This document shows positions 12,646-23,096 of a stretch of DNA of 64,000 bases, one piece after another. The first letter of the stretch is position 1, and every line of letters starts with the position of its first letter. The translations under genes and the position numbers were made by a program. This DNA is from Macrostomum lignano (lineage: Eukaryota), in the NCBI GenBank assembly GCA_002269645.1, contig NIVC01000778.1, forward strand, positions 248,001 to 312,000, in the 5' to 3' direction. A model generated the notes under the pieces. That model had not been told where the DNA came from, made no database searches, and saw only the letters and a list, made by a program, of their open reading frames with translations.

Positions 12646-13263
12646 TGCTCCGCGTGCTATCATCCAGTCCGGTTCCGTTTCGACCTTAACGAACAGTGGC
12701 AAAGTGAGGGTTATTTAATAACTATGTTTATTACCTGAACGATTGTCTGAAGTGATGCGTGTTCGTGGACTCACACCCTGGCGATGCGCAGTCCTGTACC
12801 AGCGGTTTGTAGTTGCTGTGTAGCTGAAGTTTTTGCGGGCAGCTATATGTTGCGCGCATTACTTCAGTTGTTTTTGCGTAGCTGCATAAAGTTTTTCTAT
12901 CCAAGCGGCACATTACCTTTGCGTTTATTGAGAGCTATAATTATTTTTTGTCCGAATAACAAATAAAAAAGCTTTTTTCTCGACCGATGTCACCCGGTAA
13001 TTTGGCTGTTGCGCCACGCATTTTAGTGCAGTTTTGAAAGGTCAAATCGTCCAAGTAGTTTTCTAATTTTTTCACTTTGTGTTACACTTATTTGAGAAAT
13101 TTCGTTCGTGCAAAAGAAATGACCAGACTGCAAGTCGCGGTTTGAATTTCGGATCGCGGCGGCCTGAAAAGTCTCTCATCCTGCTCAGAATGTTAAACTA
13201 TCCTTAGCTAATGGCAAACTATCCACATAGTCTGGCTAATTTGCTACCTCAAGTAAGCTAGGC

Positions 13264-15294
13264 TTAACGGTAAGCCGACGGATGTCCCGAATACGGGACA
13301 AGCAGCCACTTCTGCTTCAGCCGAAAACTTAAAACTAAGTTCTATGGTCAAAACTGCAGCTGCGCTGCACTGCCGTTGCCGACGGCTGTGTCCCAAAAAC
13401 GGGACACACTGCTTTACTTTAATTTAAAATAAGTGAAAGTGCTAACAGAACAGAAACAGGATTAGAACAGATAATTTTTGATTGACACCATAGCAACGGA
13501 AAGCTCCTTGTAAGGGTACTCCATAAATATTTACTTAAATTTTATTCAAGGGTGGGGACTAAAAGGGGAGCGCGTTAGGAATGGAGAGAGCAAAGTCAAC
13601 CGGGGGTGTGGAAGAAAAAAACATGAAGACGAGGTCTGTAACAGTCAGTGCGGTTGGCTGTGCCAGTTTCTGAAGCACTGGCCTATACAAAGTGCTGGTA
13701 CTCCCGGACAATCAGGGCATATGTACACTGTCTTCTTCGCGATTCGGTTCTCGCTGCACACGCGGCATTGATTGCGCGGCCGAACATGGGCAGCGTTCAA
13801 TGGAGCTTTGGTCGGCAAATGCTGTACTGCAGGGCCATCACCTGCCGGTCCGACTGCTGCAGGACAGCCTGCCCTGACAGCGAAATGGCGCCTGCCCCTG
13901 CCAGTCTCCTCCACCAAGATGCTGACTGCTTTGCGCAGAAACGCCACGAAAGTCTTGGTACCTCCGTGCTGGCGGTAGACAATCCACGAGTTCCGAACCA
14001 GAAGCAGCAGCAGGTAAAACGCAAGTTTCTGAAACCAGCGCAGCGTTTTCCGGCTGGCCAGGTAGGGGTTCGCTGCCGAATCCATACAGTCCACGCTGCC
14101 CATACTCTTCGAGTAGGTGACCACTGTCACTGGCTTCGCGATCACCTGCTGCTCGCCTCCCCGACGGACTCGTGGCACGTTCACACAGGCAGCCTGGCCA
14201 GCAGTGTCCAGGAGATACACGGTCTTTGTTCCGCTGCTCTTCCTGTCCGCTGGATCTTGGCCAAGGGCCCTTCCTGAACATCCGTGCAGTCGTAGAAACG
14301 AAGGCAGGAAAGCAGCTGCTTCAACCTATCTCTCGAGAGGGCATTGGGCATGGACAGAAAGGAGCAATGGAAAACAGGGTCCTGGCTCCAGTAGCTGCTG
14401 ATCTCCGGCTTTTTGTCCAGGCCCATCAACAGAACAGCTTCCTCACCTCATCATCTGTACAATCTCTCCAGTTCTTTACCAGCTTCGGCAACTGCTCTTC
14501 GTCAGCGCACTCCTCGAATATCTTCCACGCCCTACGATTCGTCCAGGTTTTCACGCTTGCAATAATTCCATCAGTGAGGTACAAACTCAGAAACTCCTTC
14601 GTTTCCATCAGCTGAAGCTTGAGGCCTCCAATCTGGGTGAACCCCTAATGTTCCCAGAAACTCGGCTTCATTCGGCACAGCATCCATTCCAGTCTGAACA
14701 AAGTGCCACTCTGGTACATCACCAACTTCCTCTGTCTGCATGCCTTCTTCTTCTTCTTCTGCTTCTTCGCCTTCTTCCTCCATCAACTCGTCCTCGATTC
14801 TATTTAGCGACTCCAGCGAGTCGTCATCAGTGAAAATGGCTGCGTATTCGTTTTCAGATTCCATGGCAATAACAACGCGAGTAAGCGCAGCAGCCAGTGA
14901 GACAGTAAATATATAGTTAGAGTGAAAGTGCAGGAAAAATAAGAGAGGCTATTTAATTGTAATTGGACAGGGCCCTAAACGAATATATTTAAAAGACATT
15001 AAACTATAGGGGGGGGGAGTGAAGATAATAAAAAAGGGGATGGAACTCGCGACTAAAAGAGGCGAGGTTGAAGAGCCAATCAGAAGGCAGCGAGGGAAAC
15101 AGATAAAAATAACAAGACTGAACTGGACAAAGAAGGGAAAAAACAGTAAACAGAGAGAAGTGCAGATGAAATTAAGAAATGACAGACAGTCGCGACAGAG
15201 AGAAACCGGCGTGAAAGGGGGTGCTGCAGCAGCAACTTTAGCGACTGTTCAATAGTCTATGTCCCGATTTCGGGACAGCCGTCAGCAACAGGGG
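13264..15294 (-). mobile_element. Internally deleted piggyBac (PGBD4-like) DNA transposon
   Basis: TTAA at 13264-13267 followed by CCGACGGATGTCCCGAATACGGGACA; the other end carries the inverted counterpart TGTCCCGATTTCGGGACAGCCGTCAGCAACAGGG (about 15260-15293); transposase remnants inside. The right-hand TTAA is not intact. Confidence 0.85.
13645..14864 (-). pseudogene. piggyBac transposase pseudogene (frameshifts plus a large central deletion)
   Basis: Acidic N-terminus (14864-14571); FLSLYLTDGIIASVKTWTN; MGLDKKPEISSYWS...LSRDRLKQLLSCLRFYD; then a jump at about 14247 to TVYLLDT...KPVTVVTYSKSMGSVDCMD...RKTLRWFQKLAFYLL and a Cys-rich C-terminus CRVC...CPDC...LCIGQCFRNWH. The region with the first two catalytic Asp is absent. 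Confidence 0.92.
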
Positions 15295-17109
15295 TGATGC
15301 TAAACCCCACCCGTCGCGTAGAGGTTTTAAAAATAGCACCAAAATTGGGTTGCATGAACAAGCTCGCACTAGCAAAAGCAAGCACGGCTAGAATGGAGAT
15401 TAGCACAAGAGCTCAAGTATTTTGGAGCAAGAGCGTATTGACACTGACGCAACTCACGCAAGTATTTCACCTACATGTATGTTCAATCATGGATTAGTGC
15501 CAGTATGCACACGAGTATGTTTGACCTAGCTGCAGAGGAGATCATCCGGCGGATGCAGCAATCAGGAGGCGAAGAAGACCGCCCAATTCCGCTAGCCTCT
15601 GGCGACCATGAATGACTTCCATCGAAGTGATGTCCCTCCGGGGGCGTCGGTCTCGCTTGCAGCGCGGTACCGGGTGAGCATCGATATGCTCTCGGGCCTG
15701 CAAGCGTCGGAGAGTTGGGCCGGGGTGAGTGAGTGGTGAAGACCGGGTAGTGGCAGATAAATTGTTCTGCATTTTTACTGCCTGTTGAGCGGCAGAAGAG
15801 CTTGGGGCACCGCGCACGGCTCCTCAAGTACCTGGCCCTGAAGGAAGCGGTGGCGAGAGAAGCAGCCATGCATGCCCGGAGAGGGCCCATGTACATGTAA
15901 ATGCTCTTAAGATCCCTGAGGTTGAGCCTAAGGAAGGCTTGTGTGTAAACGTAGCCACTTATGTAGTAAATAGAGGCTTTTTCCTCGGTAGAAATTCGAG
16001 CAAAGAATAAATTACCTGTAGCTCATCAAAACTGACATTCTCTTCAATTTGATGGGTTCGGCCTTTCTAAGCCTATATAGCTTCGGGCCTCAGAATTCAG
16101 AAATGAATCACTTAGAACTCTGGCCTCTCACTCCTGTCAGATGGTCAGCCCCATGGTAGCAAGATTGTGGGCGAGCAGCAAGGTCCTATAGCTAGGAGAA
16201 GACAGCGAGAGACAAGCAGGGAGAATTTGAAAGGTAGAGATTAGCTAATCCGCAGATTAACTAACCCGCTGCCACCAGTCCGTGCCCCCCGGCTCACCAA
16301 ACCGGAGCTATCGAAATCGGACTTCCGACTAGAGGGGCACTGCACTTATGCCATCTAGTCTTTTAGCTGTCTAAATCTCGAAGTCATAGCCGAATAGAAC
16401 GGACGCTGCTGGGACTAAGATCGCATTGGCCATGCAGGGACAGAGAGGACTTTTGCAGGGGGTTCTTGCACTGGCGAGCCTCTATACACTACCAAATGTA
16501 CTATTTCATTACCAAATTCCCAGAAGTACATGTATAAGTACACGTAACTGCACGCTTTTGGAACTAAATGTGTTAACACGTCGACAGATAGCGATGATGT
16601 AGATGTATTGTCACTTTTGGAGACCTTCAGACTAATATTTATCTCGTTTTAGCCGCTTAGCTGCCTGAGACAGCGCGAAAGCGCCAGTCTGGCACTTAAT
16701 TTGCATGCTTAACATAATGATTTCTTAGATCGACTGATTGACTGGGAACTGTGCCGCTTCCGGTCCACTGTGACCTCTGCCTCTAGATTTAGCTGCTCAT
16801 CTCAGCTGGCATTGCGAAAAAGAAAGAAAACGCTAAGTCTTTAACTTCCAGATTTAACTTTCTCACTTAATCCGCAATCCTAAACTTGCCGGTTGTCGTT
16901 GCTGCTCTTAGATCACTGCCGGGAGATATTGATGATGCTTCTCAGTGGGAACTTAGCTTTTGAAGACGAAACTGCCGGGGGAAGGAGGATCAGATCGGCA
17001 GGACCGTAGGGGGAAGAGCCAGAAGGCAGTATCAGGCCAAGTTGAGCGCCCCAGGCCTTGGCAAGGACAAAAACCGGGAGATATTTCGAGCGCAGTTAGA
17101 GTTGCCGCC

Positions 17110-17165
17110 TTTTATAGCTCTCACGCGGCCGATTTGTTATAACGCACGCTGAATTTTCCGATTGG
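17110..17165 (-). promoter_or_regulatory. Candidate Pol II promoter (CCAAT box plus TATAAAAGGC) facing left
   Basis: Minus-strand CCAAT at 17165-17161 and TATAAAA at 17116-17110, about 45 bp apart; no downstream gene identified. Confidence 0.35.
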
Positions 17166-17224
17166 CTGAGAGCTTTTGTTAAAACTCCGCCGAACGACGA
17201 AAACGCCAAAAACTGCTGCACGAT

Positions 17225-17494
17225 CCTTCACAAGACCGAAACTTCATAAGACCGAAATTTCACAACGCCGAAACACCATACTTCACAAGACCGAAACTTC
17301 ATAAGTTCAAACTTCGTTACTACAAATAAAAGTATTTCGTGGTAACGACGAGGCAGCAAAAAAGGCAGCAAGTTCGCAAGTCTTGTGAAGGGCCCAGTAT
17401 TTTAAGCTTTGGGGTTGTGAAACTTCGGTCTTATGAAGTATCGGTCTTGTGAAGTATGGTTTCGGCGTTGTGAAATTTCGGTCTTATGAACCCC
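17225..17494. mobile_element. MITE-like element with inverted arrays of TTCAYAAGACCGAAA
   Basis: Left TTCATAAGACCGAAATTTCACAACGCCGAAAC...CATACTTCACAAGACCGA mirrors the right arm, which ends TTATGAACCCC. A fragment of the same family (GACCGAAATTTCACAACG) lies at about 57019. Confidence 0.75.
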
Positions 17495-19108
17495 CCCTTC
17501 CCCATGTAGCTATAGTGCATGTGCACTTGCCAAGCACGTCACAGAGAAGGCAAAACTTTTCCCGATATATTGTGCTTCTCAAATCAAATACTCGTACGTA
17601 TTTAAATTAATAACATGCAATCCGTGTTTCCCGTTCGTTATTTTCAGCAGTACAGCATTTTTGCACCCCCTCATAATAGGTGCCCCTCATTACTCATGTT
17701 GGCCTCCCAAACTTGGACCGCCCCCTCCCAAAATGAAATTCTAGATCCGCCACTGCTCGTATATGATAAGACTGACTGAATTTACTATTACTAATATACC
17801 TATACTAGTTATAAATCATGTCTCAATCCGATGGAAACAACTTACGTATGTAAATGTCCATGTACCAGGAAAGTCATGGCTATTTAAAAAGTGGCAGGAT
17901 GTCAGGCTATGAGAGCACGAGACTTTTCCACAGAGGCTTTTCTTGCCGAGCTTTCCTCTAATTTTTAACCAACAGGTGCTGCAGAGACAGAGGGCGAGAA
18001 GGAGAAAGGGAGGCCAATAGGGGCAGATAAACTATTGAGACTACTGTAATGTAAAATCATACCTCTCGTAAAATCATGTAAAATCATGTAAAATCACTTT
18101 ATACCTCTCGCCATATGGCTCTACCTCCCACTATTCTTTGTGACCATATTTGTGTCATCATCAAAAGAGAATTCGATAAAATAGGAATGTTTCAGGACAT
18201 GACAGAGCGAATTATCGTAAAAAGCATAGTTAAAAGCAGTGAAGTCTGTTTTATTTTAGAGGCACATGTTTACAATACTCAGTTAAGTATATACATGTAC
18301 TCGTAAAACTGCACATTGACAAAAGACAATGAAAAACTCTTGTCGAAAAAATGCGCTGCATAGTTCTCTCAAACTCGACAAGGGGGGGACAAAAAACTGG
18401 TTACAGCATTACAGAGCGAGAAAAAGAGCGTCAGCGTTTGATGGTAGTGCAATAGTGCAAAGAAGTCACGGATTAAATGTTCTATACGCCACGGGCACAG
18501 AGAAGTGTGACCAAACATTTATACGGCTACGTCGGCTAACAGCTAATTTCTGTCCAATGTGGCTGAATAGTCATACATGTCGTAGTCGTCACCGTCGTCT
18601 TCTTTCACCTCAGAGGATCCTGCGTGCACTCTGCGTCCTATGAATAGGCAGCAGCATAATGCACATTGCTTTGTCTCATCTTGATACCTGCCAATGAACG
18701 AGAGAAAAAGTCCTTGTATTTAAAATGCAAATGCATGATGCAAAGCATTCCAATACAGTTCATAGCTAATCTGCATTGTTAGCACTTGATGCTGGAGTGA
18801 CTATGAGCGGAGAAGCTGAATAGGTTCTGTAAGCGACCAACACAATTCACTGATTTCACTAGGAAGAAGCTAAATACATGCCATCTTACCATCTACGTAC
18901 TCTTGTTTCAAACGACCTCAATTTACGTATTCTGCTGATGATATTGTAAAGTGTATAAGCGGCAGCATATAATAGTCGTCTTTTTTTCCTCACTGCTAAT
19001 TAAACGAGAAGATAAATAACTGGCATAGATCTCCTCTAAAAGAAATCGGATAATATGCTTCTTCATTAGTCCTTCGATCGCCCTTAGCACTCACAACACT
19101 AGTACTTA

Positions 19109-22100
19109 GATGATAGCACGCGGAGCAGCGATCGTCCTCCGCTTGAGCCGGCGGTCACTGCAGCCGAAGCGGCAGGCAGCAGACAGTCCTGCGATCGTCC
19201 TCCGCTTGAGCCGGCGGTCACTGCAGCCGAAGCGGCAGGCAGCAAACAGTCCTGCGATCGTCCTCCGCTTCTGGAAGAGGTTGAGTGGGAGATGAAGCCC
19301 GGAAGGGCTGCCTGGGAGGGGTAGAGTCGGGTTAGCCTGGAGGGGCTGTCTAGGAGGGCTGTCTGGGAGGGGTAGCCTGTGAGAGGTAGAGTGGCAGGGT
19401 GTGGGAAATGACAGCAGGGTATGGGGAAAGCCGGCAGGGTGTGGGGAAGGGTAGCAGGAAATAGGGAAGGCCGGCAGGATGTGGAGAAGCCGGCAGGGTG
19501 TGGGGAAGGACAGCAGGGTGTGGGGAAGGGGAGCAGGGAGTAAGGAAGGCTGGCAGGGTGTGGGGAAGGACAGCAGGGTAGGGGAAAGACAGCAGGGTAT
19601 GGGGAAGGACAGCAGGGTGTAGGGAAAGCCTGCATTGGTAGTGAAGACAAGCAGGGTGTGGGGAAGGACAGCAGGGTGTGGGGAAGGACAGCAGGGTGTG
19701 GGGAAGGACAGCAGGGTGTGGGGAAGGGTAGCAGGGAGTAGGGAAGGCCAGCAGGAAGTGGGGAAGCCGGCAGGGTGTGGGGAATGCCAGCGGGGAGTGA
19801 GGAAGGCCTGCATTGATGGGGAAGGACAGCAGGGTGTAGGGAAAGCCTGCATTGGTAGTGTAAGACAAGCAGGGTGTGGGGAAGGGTAGCAGGGAGTAAG
19901 GAAAGCCAGCAGGGTGTGGGGAAGGCCGGCAGGGTGTGGGGAAGGGTAGCAAGGAGTAGGGAAGGCCAGCAGGATGTGGGGAAGCTGGCAGGGTGTGGGG
20001 AAGTCTAGCAGGATGTGAGGAAGCCAGCAGGGTGTGGGGAAAGCCAGCAAGGAGTAAGGAAGGCTGGCAGGGTGTGGGGAAGGACAGCAGGGTAGGGGAA
20101 AGACAGCAGGGTATGGGGAAGGACAGCAGGGTGTAGGGAAAGCCTGCATTGGTAGTGAAGACAAGCAGGGTGTGGGGAAGGACAGCAGGGTGTGGGGAAG
20201 GGTAGCAAGGAGTAGGAAAGGCCAGCAGGAAGTGGGGAAGCCGGCAGGGTGTGGGGAAGGCCGGCAGGGTGTGGGGAAGGGTAGCAAGGAGTAGGGAAGG
20301 CCAGCAGGATGTGGGAAAGGCCGGCAGGGTGTGGGGAAGGACAGCAGGGTGTGGGGAAGGGAAGCAGGGAGTAGGGAAGTCCAGCAGGAAGTGGGGAAGC
20401 CGGCAGGGTGTGGGGAAGGGTAGCAGGGAGTAGGGAAGGCCAGCAGGAAGTGGATAAGCCGGCAGGGTGTGGGGAAGGCCGGCAGGGTGTGGGGAAGGAC
20501 AGCAGGGTGTGGGGAAGGGTAGCAGGAAATAGGGAAGGCCAGCAGTAGAGAAGGCTGGCAGGGTGTGGGGAAGGGTAGCAGGGAGTAGGGAAGTCCAGCA
20601 GGAAGTGGGGAAGGGTAGCAGGGAGTAGGGAAGGCCAGCAGGAAGTGGGGAAGCCGGCAGGGTGTGGGGAAGGCCGGCAGGGTGTGGGGAAGGGTAGCAG
20701 GAAATAGGGAAGGCCAGCAGTAGGGAAGGCAGGCAGGGTGTGGGAAGGACAGCAGGGTGTGGGGAATGCCAGCAGGGAGTGAGGAAGGCCTGCATTGATG
20801 GGGAAGGACAGCAGGGTGTGGGGAAGGGTAGCAGGGAGTAGGGAAGGCCAGCAGGATGTGGGGAAGGACAGCAGGGTGTGGGGAAGGGTAGCAGGGAGTA
20901 AGGAAAGCCAGCAGGGTGTGGGGAAGGCCGGCAGGGTGTGGGGAAGGGTAGCAAGGAGTAGGGAAGGCCAGCAGGATGTGGGGAAGCTGGCAGGGTGTGG
21001 GGAAGTCTAGCAGGATGTGAGGAAGCCAGCAGGGTGTGGGGAAAGCCAGCAAGGAGTAAGGAAGGCTGGCAGGGTGTGGGGAAAGACAGCAGGGTAGGGG
21101 AAAGACAGCAGGGTATGGGGAAGGACAGCAGGGTGTAGGGAAAGCCTGCATTGGTAGTGAAGACAAGCAGGGTGTGGGGAAGGACAGCAGGGTGTGGGGA
21201 AGGGTAGCAAGGAGTAGGAAAGGCCAGCAGGAAGTGGGGAAGCCGGCAGGGTGTGGGGAAGGCCGGCAGGGTGTGGGGAAGGGTAGCAAGGAGTAGGGAA
21301 GGCCAGCAGGATGTGGGAAAGGCCGGCAGGGTGTGGGGAAGGACAGCAGGGTGTGGGGAAGGGTAGCAGGGAGTAGGGAAGTCCAGCAGGAAGTGGGGAA
21401 GCCGGCAGGGTGTGGGGAAGGGTAGCAGGGAGTAGGGAAGGCCAGCAGGAAGTGGATAAGCCGGCAGGGTGTGGGGAAGGCCGGCAGGGTGTGGGGAAGG
21501 ACAGCAGGGTAGGGGAAAGACAGCAGGGTATGGGGAAGGACAGCAGGGTGTAGGGAAAGCCTGCATTGGTAGTGAAGACAAGCAGGGTGTGGGGAAGGAC
21601 AGCAGGGTGTGGGGAAGGGTAGCAGGGAGTAGGGAAGGCCAGCAGGATGTGGGGAAGGCCGGCAGGGTGTGGGGAAGAGTAGCAAGGAGTAGGGAAGGCC
21701 AGCAGGATGTGGGGAAGGCCGGCAGGGTGTGGGGAATGCCAGCAGGGAGTGAGGAAGGCCTGCAGGATGTGGGGAAGGACAGCAGGGTGTGGGGAAGGGT
21801 AGCAGGGAGTAAGGAAAGCCAGCAGGGTGTGGGGAAGGACAGCAGGGTGTGGGGAAGGGTAGCAAGGAGTAGGGAAGGCCAGCAGGATGTGGGGAAGCTG
21901 GCAGGGTGTGGGGAAATCTAGCAAGGAGTAAAGAAGGCTGGCAAGGATGTGGGGAAGGACAGCAGGGTAGGGGAAAGACAGCAGGGTATGGGGAAAGACA
22001 GCAGGGTGTGGGGAAGGCTAGCAGGATATGGGAAAAGCCAGCAAGGTGTAGCCATGTGGGAAGGCCAACAATATACAATGAAGGCCAAGCAGGATACATT

Positions 22101-23096
22101 GAAGAGCAGCAAGGTTTGTGAAAGACAGCAGGGTATGGAAAAGGCCCATAAAAGACAATGAAGGGCAGCAAGGTATGGGAAAGGCTTGTATTGATAAGAA
22201 AAGGTAGCAAGTGTTGTAGGAAGGCCATCAGGGTAAGGTATGGTAAAGGGCAGTAGGGTGTAACCATGTAGGGAAGGCTAGCAGGTTATGGGGAAAGGGA
22301 AGGTTAAAAAAATATAGAACCTCTAAATACTAAATACTAATTTCAGGCTTAACCTATAACATAAAATAGTAGAATAGAACCCAATTTATCAATAAAATAA
22401 AAAATAAAAAATAAAAAATACATCCATTTATGGAATATATATAATAGGCTATTAGTATAGTATATTAGAACCCTAAATTATGGTTGTTCAATATATCTAT
22501 CAATATAGCTAGCTTTACTAAATAGTTTCTCTCCTAAACTCAGGATTCAGGGTTCAGAAAAAAGAATATTGAATATATAGCCCTAGGCCTAGCTTAGTCA
22601 CACAGTTATTGCATTCAGTTACAAAATTGTGCATAGGCCTAGCTACAAACTGAAACTGAGCGCCATCCAAGTTCACTTATTGAACTTTAAGTCGAGTCGT
22701 ATTGTTCTCCTGTTCTAATATTAATTCGCTGGGCCTATTAATATTGTGGAAATAATAAACAGCTAGTACTTAGTAGGCCTACATAAAATAATGTTAAATG
22801 TTAACACTTACACTTGTAACTAAGTCATCCTGACCTAATATTTATCTAGCATTCTAGTGACACTAAAATACTGTACTAGAGAATAGTAGCGTAGTAGGTT
22901 AGTAAAATCGCTAGGCCTACTTTGCATTAGTGAACTAAAAAATAAGCAGAAACGTCTATTCAAATTTGTGCCATATTTGGCCCTTGTGCGCATAAAAAAG
23001 GCGGTCTATAGCATGCTACTGTATCATATAGCATGATACGGACTGCCTTATAGGCGGTTTTTGCCGTGTTCTATACCGCCTAACGTGTATATACGG
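19109..23096 (-). repeat. Right arm of the long inverted repeat (about 4.0 kb), including a G-rich minisatellite of about 2.7 kb (about 19395-22050)
   Basis: Reverse complement of 10002-12664; the identical ORF starts MVTPYCPLPYL at 10830(+) and 22267(-) confirm the symmetry. Confidence 0.95.

Larger units (their letters stand above)
10002..12664 (+). repeat. Left arm of a long inverted repeat (about 2.7 kb)
   Basis: Starts CCGTATATACACGTTAGGCGG; reverse complement of 19109-23096 apart from a few substitutions, small indels, minisatellite copy number and a roughly 440-bp segment (about 12066-12506) absent from the right arm. Confidence 0.95.
10002..23096. mobile_element. 13.1-kb foldback-like structure: long inverted arms around a 6.4-kb spacer containing a deleted piggyBac
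   Basis: Termini CCGTATATAC...GTATATACGG; arms near-identical; no TSD found, so transposon versus inverted duplication is unresolved. Confidence 0.55.
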
